Below, in pieces: positions 39,523 to 48,559 of a stretch of 64,000 nucleotides of DNA. The stretch is from a virus. Its lineage: Duplodnaviria; Heunggongvirae; Uroviricota; Caudoviricetes. The notes beneath the pieces are model-generated. The model searched no databases, was not told where the DNA came from, and saw only the letters and a list, made by a program, of their open reading frames with translations. The translations under genes and the position numbers were made by a program. How positions within the stretch are numbered: position 1 is the stretch's first letter; each line of letters begins with the position of its first letter. The stretch lies in IMG/VR virus record IMGVR_UViG_3300031760_000012, positions 33,387 through 97,386 of that record; one strand, given 5' to 3'.

Positions 39523-40177
39523 CACTGTTACATACCTGGCTTTGGCACTGCATGATCACAGCAACCTGCTGACATGCTGTCGCCAGATTAGACGGAGGTC
39601 TTACATCACCATTTCTGGTCGTAAATCCCTCAGTTAACAATTTGTGGAAGTCGATAAACAAACAATTATGCTCGCCCACGTTGAACTTATCCAGATCGTG
39701 CTGATAAATGAGACCATCTTTATGCGCTTTTGCGACATCGTACGACATGTTATACTCAAGTGCGATCATCTTCTGAAGATCGGAACTTGCTTCTTTTTCT
39801 CTGCCGGAGAATGACTTTTCGTCCACATTTGCATTTGAGTTCTCCACATTCTTCGCGTCGATTCGCTCCATTACTTTATTAATAATTGCGTTGTTGATCC
39901 CACGCTTACGCGCATGGTCCTCTCTATATAATATGTATGCTTTCGCAACTCTGTCACATCCTGACAGCATCAGTTCCTTTTCTACGGCGTCCTGTATTTC
40001 CTCGACATTTACCATGCCGCGACCTTTAAAATACTCAGTCTCGATTTTTTCAGCGATTTCATTTGCTACGTCGGAGTTCAGGCTTCCTGTATCCGCCATT
40101 GCCTTATTGATTGCTGCCACGATTTTGCTTTTGTCGAAAAGTACTTTTCTTTTTCCATCACGCTTGAGTACTACCAT
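39523..40177 (-). CDS. nrdD: nrdD exon 1 (ATP-cone and N-terminal region)
   Basis: MVVLKRDGKRKVLFDKSKIVAAINKA is an ATP-cone; ...IYQHDLDKF...DVRPPSNLATACQQVAVIMQ follows the NrdD pattern. Confidence 0.7.
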
Positions 40178-40198
40178 AACTGATCACCATGTCCTTTC

Positions 40199-40657
40199 TT
40201 ATTTACCAACAGATATTGACGCAGTAGCGATCTTGTTTCTCAAGCAGAAACTGTCGCTCCTGTCTACTTTGACAGACCATACTTCATGTTCTTCTCCGGT
40301 GTCTTCCACACCGACAACAGCCCATGGAAACAGGACTCCTTCTTCACCTACGATCACGTCTCCTGGTTCTAGGTCCGTCGTCTCTACCTTTCCTTCTCTG
40401 CCGGCAACATACCATTCTTGATCAGCTGCTGCGTATATCGCCGTATCTGTACTCACATACACGCCCTTACGAAACGTGACTTTGTAAATTTGTTTTTTTT
40501 TATCGAGTTTTCGAACTGTAGCCTTTTTGTATTTTCCTTCTTTTGTGACTACAGCTGTCCTTACCTCATCACCTATCTCATCGAATGTCTGTGTGCCGTT
40601 CTTCGATATGAACGACACACATTGATGAAATCCTCCTTTAACGTCCATAAGCATCAC
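40199..40657 (-). CDS. Hint/intein-like small protein (degenerate, free-standing)
   Basis: N-terminal C-VSFISKNGTQTFDEIG (intein block A-like) and C-terminal VWSVKVDRSDSFCLRNKIATAS (block F/G-like, with HN replaced by TA). No endonuclease domain. Confidence 0.3.
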   Translation of the reverse strand: MMLMDVKGGFHQCVSFISKNGTQTFDEIGDEVRTAVVTKEGKYKKATVRKLDKKKQIYKVTFRKGVYVSTDTAIYAAADQEWYVAGREGKVETTDLEPGDVIVGEEGVLFPWAVVGVEDTGEEHEVWSVKVDRSDSFCLRNKIATASISVGK

Positions 40658-40941
40658 ACCTTCAATAATTTATCTACATCTTCTTCTGATATGTCTCCAA
40701 TCTGCGGCGGGTCGCAACGTAAAACCCATCTGAGCGGTTTCGTGCCACAATCGAATGTGTACTTCGGCGCCGTGGTCGTGGTTGCATAATTCGTGACCCA
40801 TTCGTCAACCGCACCTTTCGAATAATTAATATAACGGTTAACATAAGGAAGCATTGATTTGGTAATTCCTCTTCCGTACCACGATTCTAGTTTTTGCGTC
40901 GTCGTTTTTGTTCCATATGCTTCCGTCAACCCCATGATCAT
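40654..40941 (-). CDS. hypothetical protein
   Basis: 95-aa ORF; ATGA overlap with the downstream gene. Confidence 0.45.
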   Translation of the reverse strand: MIMGLTEAYGTKTTTQKLESWYGRGITKSMLPYVNRYINYSKGAVDEWVTNYATTTTAPKYTFDCGTKPLRWVLRCDPPQIGDISEEDVDKLLKV

Positions 40942-41246
40942 AACAATTCGTCAACTCCTTCGAAGTCAGCTTCCGTAAGCTGGTTGTCGTCAATGAACGT
41001 CAATGTAAGTCCGTCACAACGAAGCTCGACTGTATGCTTTCCGCCAATATCATTTGATGTCGAAGCATAGTCAACTCCTTCGAATCTAATAACTCCAGTT
41101 CTCCCGTTTGAAAAGCTTACAGACATAGACGCATTATTGAAAGACGTTATCGAATAGTTCTGAACAGCCCAATCATTAAGATTCCAGAACACACTGGAGC
41201 CACCATGAACCTCATCGACGATTAAGTTGCTATTATCCAAATACAT
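40938..41246 (-). CDS. hypothetical protein
   Basis: 102-aa ORF; ATGA overlap with the downstream gene. Confidence 0.45.
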   Translation of the reverse strand: MYLDNSNLIVDEVHGGSSVFWNLNDWAVQNYSITSFNNASMSVSFSNGRTGVIRFEGVDYASTSNDIGGKHTVELRCDGLTLTFIDDNQLTEADFEGVDELL

Positions 41247-41325
41247 TAAAATCTCCTCACTACCTGCAGGTCCAGATCGTTTTTAAAACGCTCACACACA
41301 CGCGTAAACACGTCGAATTTTCGGC

Positions 41326-41595
41326 TCATTTGCCAAAAATCGCCTCTTCGATCTCTTCTACGGTCCAACTGCGCCTGTTCTTCGGTTTGTAAGTTCTTCT
41401 GTCGATATGCACAATGTCACCTATGTCGCAGTCAAGAACATCACATATTTTTTCCAGCGACTTCAGCGACACGTATTTGTTCTTTGTCAGATTCGACAAT
41501 ATGTTCCGGTCGATCCCAGCGCGCTGTGCCATCTCCGTTTTGCGCATATGCTTATCGAGCAAGATCTCCCACAGCTGGCTATATTCAACAGACAT
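41326..41595 (-). CDS. XRE-family helix-turn-helix transcriptional regulator
   Basis: MRKTEMAQRAGIDRNILSNLTKNKYVSLKSLEKIC is a Cro/CI-type HTH. Confidence 0.65.
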   Translation of the reverse strand: MSVEYSQLWEILLDKHMRKTEMAQRAGIDRNILSNLTKNKYVSLKSLEKICDVLDCDIGDIVHIDRRTYKPKNRRSWTVEEIEEAIFGK

Positions 41596-42262
41596 TACGA
41601 TCCTTCCCTGTGATTAACCATCCCGCCAGAGGAAGAGTCTCGATCCAGTCACAGACGTACTGCCAATCTGGTAACAGATGATGGCGACGCTGCTTATAGA
41701 TATTCTTCAGCGATCTGTAATTCGTCGACATGCCTGCCGTAAGTTCGAACCCAGTAGGTATGTTATACAACAATTCCAATTTTGCTTCCTTTATCCTCTC
41801 CTGATCTCCGCCTTCTTTTGCGCGGTTGAATTTTTCCAAAAGAGCATTGACAGTATCGATAGAATTTCCGTACACGTATTTGTTTACAGACGACGCTATG
41901 TTGAATTGCGCCGCTCTGTGCATCAGTGAAAACGAAGACACGAAGTCGAGGAACTTGTACCGCTGTACTTGAGTCCACGCTTTCAGAGCAACGGTCAGGT
42001 CGAAGTCGACCTTAATGCCTGTCAGGAACTGATCCTCTCCGCCACCCTTAGCGTTGGCTAACCTGATCGCACGTGAAATATGCTTGTTCGCCAGCAGGTC
42101 TTCTGGATCGTGTGACTGGTTGTATTTGTCGATTGCGCCACGGACCTGTGCGACCTCGGTATCAAACTCTTCTTCTTTTGGCGGCACAGTCATAAACGAA
42201 TAGCCGCTTCTATAAATCGATCTATCTAATGCGTAAATTTCGCAGTTACTAATTTTCGGCAT
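41585..42262 (-). CDS. divergent ThyX-like (flavin-dependent thymidylate synthase family) protein
   Basis: MHRAAQFNIASSVNKY loosely matches the ThyX RHRxxSxxxxSxRY motif, and TNYRSLKNIYKQRRHHLLPDWQ matches the ThyX C-terminal region. The second Arg of the signature is missing. Confidence 0.3.
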   Translation of the reverse strand: MPKISNCEIYALDRSIYRSGYSFMTVPPKEEEFDTEVAQVRGAIDKYNQSHDPEDLLANKHISRAIRLANAKGGGEDQFLTGIKVDFDLTVALKAWTQVQRYKFLDFVSSFSLMHRAAQFNIASSVNKYVYGNSIDTVNALLEKFNRAKEGGDQERIKEAKLELLYNIPTGFELTAGMSTNYRSLKNIYKQRRHHLLPDWQYVCDWIETLPLAGWLITGKDRNVC

Positions 42263-42271
42263 TTCTCCTCC

Positions 42272-42679
42272 TTACTCAGCGTCGGCCAACAACCAGTCAA
42301 GCGTGTCGAGGCTGCACTTGTCACAATCACCGTCGCATACAATGCTGTCCGCCAACGTCGCGAACGATCCATCGAACACACCGTCACCGTCCGTGCGATA
42401 TTTATACATAGCACATGACGAGTTCAGCCCTGCTTTCATGGCGCTCATAACAGCATCATGAATTTCCTGTGCGTGCTTTTCGCAATTCTTCATACTCACA
42501 CCGTCGCTTTCTTCATAAAGGAAATCCATCGAATTCTTAAGACACCTCCGGCATCCACGCAGAGATAGTCCCTTTTTACATAGCTTGCCGACCGACTTGA
42601 ATCTCATCAGCTGACACGATATCGCCATCTTTATTACGTCAAATGTCGATAGCTTCTTAATCTCGTCACTTGTCGGCAT
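42272..42679 (-). CDS. hypothetical Cys-rich protein
   Basis: 135 aa with multiple Cys pairs. Confidence 0.45.
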   Translation of the reverse strand: MPTSDEIKKLSTFDVIKMAISCQLMRFKSVGKLCKKGLSLRGCRRCLKNSMDFLYEESDGVSMKNCEKHAQEIHDAVMSAMKAGLNSSCAMYKYRTDGDGVFDGSFATLADSIVCDGDCDKCSLDTLDWLLADAE

Positions 42680-42929
42680 CTTTCTCGCCTCTTGTCATCA
42701 TCGAGATAATCTCGTCCATCTTTTTCGCGTACGCATCCTTGAACTCATCCGGAGAGATGCCAATCTCCGTCTGTAAGATCGTATTCTGTGCAAGTACATC
42801 AGCCATCGAGTTTAACATTCTCTGCTTGTCTTCTTCTCTCCAGCCACTCATGCGATATACCGCCAGAGACATAAGCTCTGATCCGATCGCAGATATGACG
42901 CCGTCGATCATAATCTCTTTCAGTTCCAT
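42666..42929 (-). CDS. hypothetical protein
   Basis: 87-aa ORF. Confidence 0.4.
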   Translation of the reverse strand: MELKEIMIDGVISAIGSELMSLAVYRMSGWREEDKQRMLNSMADVLAQNTILQTEIGISPDEFKDAYAKKMDEIISMMTRGEKDADK

Positions 42930-42939
42930 TCAAAACCTC

Positions 42940-43158
42940 CTAATCACCATACGCTTCTGGTGCATACATCCACGCGACCACGTCGTTTAATTCCGTATTG
43001 AAGGTCGCGTCGTAGAAACTACCGTTTACATAATATCCCTGCACAACTACTCTATCTGGCGGGTCCACATCTTCGTTGATCGAGACTGTGGTTAATACGT
43101 CAGCGTAGTCGACTGGTTCTTTTTCGTCTGGGTCATCCCACCTAAATCTGTTTTGCAT
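42940..43158 (-). CDS. hypothetical protein
   Basis: 72-aa ORF. Confidence 0.4.
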   Translation of the reverse strand: MQNRFRWDDPDEKEPVDYADVLTTVSINEDVDPPDRVVVQGYYVNGSFYDATFNTELNDVVAWMYAPEAYGD

Positions 43159-43714
43159 CGTTCGCTCCGTCTATCGCAATTCTGTGAATCGTCTTTATCC
43201 CTGAGAGCATGCCAGCCCTGATGATGTCCTTGAGGCTGTACGGCGTGTAGTTGCATACATCAGCCGCCAGATTGAGAAATCTGCATCCGTCGACCGAGTA
43301 GATCGGACCACCATTTCCGCGACCGTGAACATGCCCGTGAATGTTCAGACACCATGGCAATCCACGTACCGGCTCGTGAGAAAGTAGTATCTTATCCGAG
43401 ATCATCAGCGGTCCCGTATAAATCTCGTCGAATATGTCACGGTAGTCGCTACGCCGATCGTGGTTGCCCATGATCAGAATCTTCCTGTTCGCCTTGATCT
43501 GCCGTGCGTAATCTGGGTCGCCAACGTCGCCGAGACATATGAACGTATCCGGACGCTTCACGATATAGTTGATCACATCAACTTGCTCGTCTGGCGGCAT
43601 CCAGTTCGGATCCATGTACACACAATCTGCATCGTTAAAATGTGGGTCAGAGTACAGGTACACCGATCCTCCGTATGACCAATGCTGAAATTTCTCGTAT
43701 AATGTTTTGATCAT
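43142..43714 (-). CDS. calcineurin-like metallophosphoesterase
   Basis: GDVGD, GNHD and GHVHG motifs in canonical order. Confidence 0.7.
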   Translation of the reverse strand: MIKTLYEKFQHWSYGGSVYLYSDPHFNDADCVYMDPNWMPPDEQVDVINYIVKRPDTFICLGDVGDPDYARQIKANRKILIMGNHDRRSDYRDIFDEIYTGPLMISDKILLSHEPVRGLPWCLNIHGHVHGRGNGGPIYSVDGCRFLNLAADVCNYTPYSLKDIIRAGMLSGIKTIHRIAIDGANDAKQI

Positions 43715-43895
43715 CTTGTTTCTCCTTATCTGATCACAAGTTGTCTGAACATCCAGTGCTCCAATTCTTCTTCACACTTTTCGCACAGATCAATTTCCCC
43801 TTCAAATTTATGGGTAATGTTAAACCTTCGTTTAGAAAAGTCTATTTTGTCGTAATCCCCAATCTCACAATCACATCTGTCACAAAATACTTTTC

Positions 43896-44135
43896 TCATT
43901 CTTCCTCCTCCACAGGCATCATCAATGCAAAGCCGACTGGCGCGTATTCGTCCGAGTCAGGGTCGACATAGATGAATGTCGCGTCTGTGACTCCCTGCTT
44001 CTCGCTTGTCGGCATCGGAACACCGATCAGAATCTTGTCTGGATATATACGGTCGACCCAGCCAAAACATCCGCACCATTTGTGTCCGTCCAGAAACTGG
44101 ACGACATCTCCTCTATGTAATTCCAAACACACCAC
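43896..44135 (-). CDS. hypothetical protein
   Basis: 79-aa ORF. Confidence 0.4.
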   Translation of the reverse strand: MVCLELHRGDVVQFLDGHKWCGCFGWVDRIYPDKILIGVPMPTSEKQGVTDATFIYVDPDSDEYAPVGFALMMPVEEEE

Positions 44136-44141
44136 TCCTTA

Positions 44142-45305
44142 TCAAATCGCTCTCAGTATATTGACACATTCTTTAATCCGCTCTGCTGCCTGCTCAACAT
44201 CATCTTCTGTGTTGGCGGCACCAAGCGAGAATCGCACGACTCCGTGAATGAGTTCGTCTGGGACGCCTATCGCCTCAAGCACTCTAGGCGGAGTTAACTT
44301 GTTCGACGAGCACGCCGATCCGACAGAGCAACACACGTCGAAATTGTCCAGTGCCATCAGAAGTGACTCTGCTTCTACTCCATCGAACGCGACCGCGAGG
44401 TTCCCCGGAAGTCGCTTCGATATGCTTCCAGGTCCGATCAGGTGTGTTCCCGGAACACTGTCAATCAGTCGGAAGAATAGCTCTGCTCGCAGAGCGACCA
44501 TGCGCTTGACATGCTTCTTGAGATTATTTTTGGCTAACTCGCACGCCTTGCCAAATCCGACAATGCCTGGCACATTCTCTGTCCCTGACCGCATTCCATA
44601 TTCTTGTCCGCCGCCAAAGAGTAAAGGTCTGGTTGGAACGGTTCGCTCAATATACAGAGCGCCAACTCCCTTTGGTCCACAGAGTTTGTGCGACGACATC
44701 GACAGCAAATCCACGTCGAGTTCCTTTACATCAACCGGAATATTCCCAACAGCCTGGACTGCGTCTGTGTGCATATATCCGCCACACGAGTGAACGTAGT
44801 CCGCAATCGCACGAATCGGTTGAATCGTCCCGATCTCGTTGTTCGCCAGCATGATACTCGCGAATCCGATGTCGCTCCCAAGCTCCTGAGAGATCTCACC
44901 GATCTGCTTGATCTCTGCCGGATCGACGAATCCGTGCCGGTCTACTGGAACGATTACCGAGAGGAATCCGTCCTTCTCAACCTCGATCGCCTTGTTGAAA
45001 ATCGCCGGATGCTCAATCTCAGAAACGACGATTCTTCCGCGAATCTCTGGGCTCATCGCAATGTCGAGCGCCCAGTTGTCAGACTCCGTCCCGCCAGAAG
45101 TGAAATAGATTTCATTCGGATTTGCGTTGATCAGATCCGCGACCTGCTCTCGTGCATGTTCGACCGCGACCTTTACAGAGCGACTCTTTCCATATCTGGC
45201 GGAAGGGTTGTAGTACAACTCGGAGAAGTATGGCTTCATCTCGTGGAGTACTTCCTCGCTCACCGGCGTTGTGGCCGAATTGTCTAAGTAAATCACCTTG
45301 CCCAT
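44142..45305 (-). CDS. cysteine desulfurase (NifS/IscS-type, class V aminotransferase)
   Basis: SSHKLCGPKGVGALY (PLP-lysine SxHK motif) and a C-terminal catalytic Cys region (SVGSACSS); 387 aa. Confidence 0.85.
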   Translation of the reverse strand: MGKVIYLDNSATTPVSEEVLHEMKPYFSELYYNPSARYGKSRSVKVAVEHAREQVADLINANPNEIYFTSGGTESDNWALDIAMSPEIRGRIVVSEIEHPAIFNKAIEVEKDGFLSVIVPVDRHGFVDPAEIKQIGEISQELGSDIGFASIMLANNEIGTIQPIRAIADYVHSCGGYMHTDAVQAVGNIPVDVKELDVDLLSMSSHKLCGPKGVGALYIERTVPTRPLLFGGGQEYGMRSGTENVPGIVGFGKACELAKNNLKKHVKRMVALRAELFFRLIDSVPGTHLIGPGSISKRLPGNLAVAFDGVEAESLLMALDNFDVCCSVGSACSSNKLTPPRVLEAIGVPDELIHGVVRFSLGAANTEDDVEQAAERIKECVNILRAI

Positions 45306-45451
45306 TAGTGCTTCTCCTTCTTACGTAATTTTTTAATCTTGCTTATAACTCCGACCTCATCACGGACTACGTTGACCACGTAAATAATGATCAGACAAAA
45401 AGCAAAACAGCAGCAAACGACTGTTGCTGCATTCATAAACATATCAATCAT
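45305..45451 (-). CDS. small hydrophobic protein (48 aa) translationally coupled to the desulfurase; not in the ORF track
   Basis: MIDMFMNAATVVCCCFAFCLIIIYVVNVVRDEVGVISKIKKLRKKEKH; its stop overlaps the nifS-like ATG (TAATG). Confidence 0.3.
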   Translation of the reverse strand: MIDMFMNAATVVCCCFAFCLIIIYVVNVVRDEVGVISKIKKLRKKEKH

Positions 45452-45827
45452 TTTGTGCGTCCTTCCACGGCTTTGGCAGTTCCATCCATGCTACAGGCGT
45501 TCGATCCCAGCGATCTCTCGTCACAGTGAATCGCTCTATACTCCATAGCCCATCTTCAACATTGTAATAATGCTTGTCTATCTTTCCACGGCGCTCCGTC
45601 GCGAGATACAATCCTGACTTTGGCGGCTTCGCCTCGCAGCATGGTGTCCATTTTGTGTGATCGCTGTATGCTTTGAGATCGTCGAGCAATTTGTAGACAT
45701 CTCCGGCACGATACAGAGCATCATCTTCTTCCGAGTTTGCGCCATGGACAAGCTCGCCAGTTGGACCGATGTGATACCAGTCAAGTTCTTCAAATTTGTC
45801 GATCACATGTTCCATAAATTCATTCAT
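45444..45827 (-). CDS. hypothetical protein
   Basis: 127-aa ORF. Confidence 0.45.
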   Translation of the reverse strand: MNEFMEHVIDKFEELDWYHIGPTGELVHGANSEEDDALYRAGDVYKLLDDLKAYSDHTKWTPCCEAKPPKSGLYLATERRGKIDKHYYNVEDGLWSIERFTVTRDRWDRTPVAWMELPKPWKDAQND

Positions 45828-46300
45828 CCTTCAAACCCCGCTCCATATGCATAGCCGTATTCACATATCCACTCCGTTCCGTCCGGCTCCGTCATACACA
45901 CGATGTACGGGGCAGTTCCACAATGAGAGAACTCAAAGCGATACCCTTTATAGTCGAACGTGACTATGTCGTACTCCCACAAGTCCATTCCTTCACGTCT
46001 GTAGTCGATCTTCTTGATCCTATCAGGAGTTGCTTCGTAGATATCCGGTAGTCCCTGTTTGTAGCATGCGACGCGGATGTCGCCGTCGCCCATGACTCCG
46101 TGATGTGGATGTTCTATCCAGTCGTAGTCATAATCCTGATGCTTATTCAACAAGAAGGTGAAGATCCTACCGCCAGAAGGAACGTCATTACTGTCACATC
46201 CGAACGTCTCTTCATCAGATGCGAATACCGCTACGTCTTCTTTGTCTGGCCTGCGCTCGTCGTTTTTATAAACGAATGCGCCGTAATCGTTGTATGCCAT
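45824..46300 (-). CDS. hypothetical protein
   Basis: 158-aa ORF; ATGA overlap with the downstream gene. Confidence 0.45.
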   Translation of the reverse strand: MAYNDYGAFVYKNDERRPDKEDVAVFASDEETFGCDSNDVPSGGRIFTFLLNKHQDYDYDWIEHPHHGVMGDGDIRVACYKQGLPDIYEATPDRIKKIDYRREGMDLWEYDIVTFDYKGYRFEFSHCGTAPYIVCMTEPDGTEWICEYGYAYGAGFEG

Positions 46301-46459
46301 TAGCTACCTCCTTCAACTATTTATAACTCCGTTCACTACACCTAATACGAAGCCGAAGATGAACGTTGCAAATCCAAATAATTCTGGGAATTCGTGCATA
46401 AAATTATATATTGCTACCATCATTTATACTCTCCCGATTTCTTTTCCGGACGAATGGTT

Positions 46460-46645
46460 TTATATTTTTTTTACATTAATAACAACAACATGTGGATCTC
46501 TGCATTCATTCGGACGTTTCTCCCCCATAAATCCATCGACTGATTTAATTCTGTACTCATTCTGATCACCTTTTACATGAATGACTGCATTGCCGTAAAG
46601 CAATTTCATATCATTTAGGCGCTCAATCAATTCTTTCAACTCCAT
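46460..46645 (-). CDS. hypothetical small protein (start revised to the internal Met MELKELIE)
   Basis: The track ORF 46460-46762 overlaps the upstream gene by over 100 nt. The internal ATG immediately after that gene's stop is the more plausible start. Confidence 0.35.
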   Translation of the reverse strand: MELKELIERLNDMKLLYGNAVIHVKGDQNEYRIKSVDGFMGEKRPNECRDPHVVVINVKKI

Positions 46646-46646
46646 C

Positions 46647-46988
46647 TTATTCACCTCGCATGTCTGCGCCGCAATTCGGGCAGAAATCTGTAAGATCATA
46701 CATAAACCACTCATTGACATTTGCCTGTCTGCCGCATTCAGAGCATCTCCAATCAGGATCAATAAAACCGCTTGTATCGTCGCCGTGATATGTGCTATGC
46801 TGCACCCACTTCCCCTTCTTCTGCTCCGGTTCTACAGTTTGAGCGTGTTTAATATCATTTATTGCCGCATACGTTGCCAGCTTAAGTATTTCAACCTCCA
46901 TATGTTCTGCATCATCCCGCAACTTTTCTATCAGTGCGTCCGCATCAATCGTTCTCATATTTGCTCTCCTACTAACTTGACTCCGCAA
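46647..46988 (-). CDS. Cys4 zinc-finger protein (one of a paralog family in this genome)
   Basis: KGKWVQHS...WRCSECGRQ...CPNCGADMRGE; the same architecture appears at 49481-49831 and, shorter, at 32582-32827. Confidence 0.45.
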   Translation of the reverse strand: MRSQVSRRANMRTIDADALIEKLRDDAEHMEVEILKLATYAAINDIKHAQTVEPEQKKGKWVQHSTYHGDDTSGFIDPDWRCSECGRQANVNEWFMYDLTDFCPNCGADMRGE

Positions 46989-47058
46989 TTAGGACAGAAC
47001 TTTATCTTCTTGACAGTATTGCTCCATCCTAAACATTCTTCGCAGACCTTTTTCGAAC

Positions 47059-47358
47059 TCAGTCATCGATTAACCCCACCTTTACAAATACCTTTCTGGC
47101 GGTCTCGTCTTCCGCAGCGATCTCGTCGATGCTCATGCCGTAATAGCCGTAATAGCTCTGATACACTTTGATGATGTTATTCAGCTCATCTTCTGAGAAT
47201 GTCGAGTCTTCTATCTGCTTTCTGATTTCATTGCATTCATCAATGACTTCTTGTTCCGTCTGATCTGTCCACATCGAATACTCCCACACAGCCGTCAACG
47301 ATGACGCTTCGTACTCTTTGAGTAGATCGAGTGCTATATTTTTCAGATTAATCATCAT
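47059..47358 (-). CDS. hypothetical acidic protein
   Basis: 99-aa ORF. Confidence 0.4.
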   Translation of the reverse strand: MMINLKNIALDLLKEYEASSLTAVWEYSMWTDQTEQEVIDECNEIRKQIEDSTFSEDELNNIIKVYQSYYGYYGMSIDEIAAEDETARKVFVKVGLIDD

Positions 47359-47629
47359 TGCCCTCCCTCTTGTTCCACGCGTTTATCGCATCATCAGCTC
47401 CGTTCGCCTCAATGCGAATGAATCCATCTCTGTCCTGATAGATCTTGCTTACATAAACAGCCGATCTGGATGTACACTGCGTGCATTCGACATAGTATGA
47501 ATTTGCTAAACTCACAGGGTCGCAAGAATAGTCCTGCGACGTCCTAAACATAGACACCTTTAGTTCTGCCTTTCCACCACAGAACGGACAGGTCGCAAGC
47601 TCTCGTTCGTCAGTGTTCTTTTTAAACAT
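47348..47629 (-). CDS. Lar-family restriction-alleviation-like zinc-ribbon protein (start revised)
   Basis: ATCPFCGGKAELK...YYVECTQCTSRS...DAINAWNKRE matches the Lar pattern (CPFCGG...C..C...AI..WN.R). The ATG at 47629 is preceded by AGGAGGATGAGG. Confidence 0.5.
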   Translation of the reverse strand: MFKKNTDERELATCPFCGGKAELKVSMFRTSQDYSCDPVSLANSYYVECTQCTSRSAVYVSKIYQDRDGFIRIEANGADDAINAWNKREGNDD

Positions 47630-47813
47630 CCTCATCCTCCTGAATTTTGCGTATTTTTTCTGCGATACGACTAAGCGATCTGTCCATTTTCTCTGAGTAG
47701 CACATATCCTCTTTATGAAGGGCGCATGGAACAGTCTCGAGTGAACATATAAATATGCCGCCAAAAGATACTGAGTGTCCGCATGTGTACGGATTGTATT
47801 TTTCTTCTGTCAT
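47622..47813 (-). CDS. hypothetical small Cys-containing protein
   Basis: 63-aa ORF; its stop overlaps the Lar-like start. Confidence 0.35.
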   Translation of the reverse strand: MTEEKYNPYTCGHSVSFGGIFICSLETVPCALHKEDMCYSEKMDRSLSRIAEKIRKIQEDEDV

Positions 47814-47945
47814 AATGAGATCGCCCTATATACCGCAACAGCGCCAACAAAGACACCGCAAATAATTCCGATGTAGCTCTTTTTGTAAAAACTACACCCG
47901 CTGATTATTCCGCCTGCTACGCTGAGCAACAAAGTTACCGCAGTA

Positions 47946-48299
47946 TCAATCATCTTCTCCCTCCTGTTCTTTGTCGTCGCCATCAAGATACTTTATGATT
48001 CCTTTCACGAGCGACAGTGCAGCCTCGTGCGAGACACTCCAGCCCATATACTTTCTGTGACAGTAATCACAGTCGCCAGAATCTTGGTACTGACATGTGT
48101 CGCAGTAGACGCCGGTTAGCGACTCTTCGACGAATCGTACAGCGTCGTCAATTTCTCTTCTGGCGGACGGGAGTCGTCTGAGAATTCTAAATTTTTCACA
48201 GTCTCCGTACTTGAATTTGCAAGAGCTTGGATCTGGCGTCATGCCGCATATGTTACATATCGCGTTGACAGCGTCGAGTCTATATACCGTGTCTTTCAT
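47946..48299 (-). CDS. hypothetical Cys-rich protein
   Basis: 117 aa with several CxxC pairs. Confidence 0.4.
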   Translation of the reverse strand: MKDTVYRLDAVNAICNICGMTPDPSSCKFKYGDCEKFRILRRLPSARREIDDAVRFVEESLTGVYCDTCQYQDSGDCDYCHRKYMGWSVSHEAALSLVKGIIKYLDGDDKEQEGEDD

Positions 48300-48307
48300 G
48301 ATTCACC

Positions 48308-48559
48308 TCACTTCTTGTATATGACAACGTATTCTACGTCAAAGTCGTATTTTTCTGCTCCGATGTAGATTATATTTTCTGAGCTTATATGCTTCGAATT
48401 CAAAAACAAAGTAAGCGTATGCTCGGTCTCGAGCTTTGCACATTCATACGTCGGTTTCGACGATGCTGAAGTCGTCGGAGTGTCGCCGAACGCTATAGCC
48501 GCGCAGAACAAACATGCACAAAGAGCTACTACTGAAATCGCTTTTATAATTTTTGACAT
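48308..48559 (-). CDS. small secreted/lipoprotein-like protein
   Basis: N-terminal signal-like segment MSKIIKAISVVALCACLFCAAIA. Confidence 0.4.
   Translation of the reverse strand: MSKIIKAISVVALCACLFCAAIAFGDTPTTSASSKPTYECAKLETEHTLTLFLNSKHISSENIIYIGAEKYDFDVEYVVIYKK

Noticed and set aside
36756-40177. Reading the three NrdD pieces and two DnaE pieces as pseudogenes or frameshift-disrupted genes
   Set aside because: Each break coincides with recognizable group I intron elements (R/S elements, P9 hairpins, U/G splice nucleotides) and with HNH ORFs. Conceptual splicing restores conserved motifs in frame.
44248-45287. Long plus-strand ORFs (181 and 199 aa) inside the cysteine desulfurase gene; similar antisense ORFs occur throughout 29300-63700
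   Set aside because: The sense-strand proteins carry clear family motifs. The antisense frames are low-complexity (Arg/Ser-rich), have no RBS, and arise from GC-skewed coding sequence.
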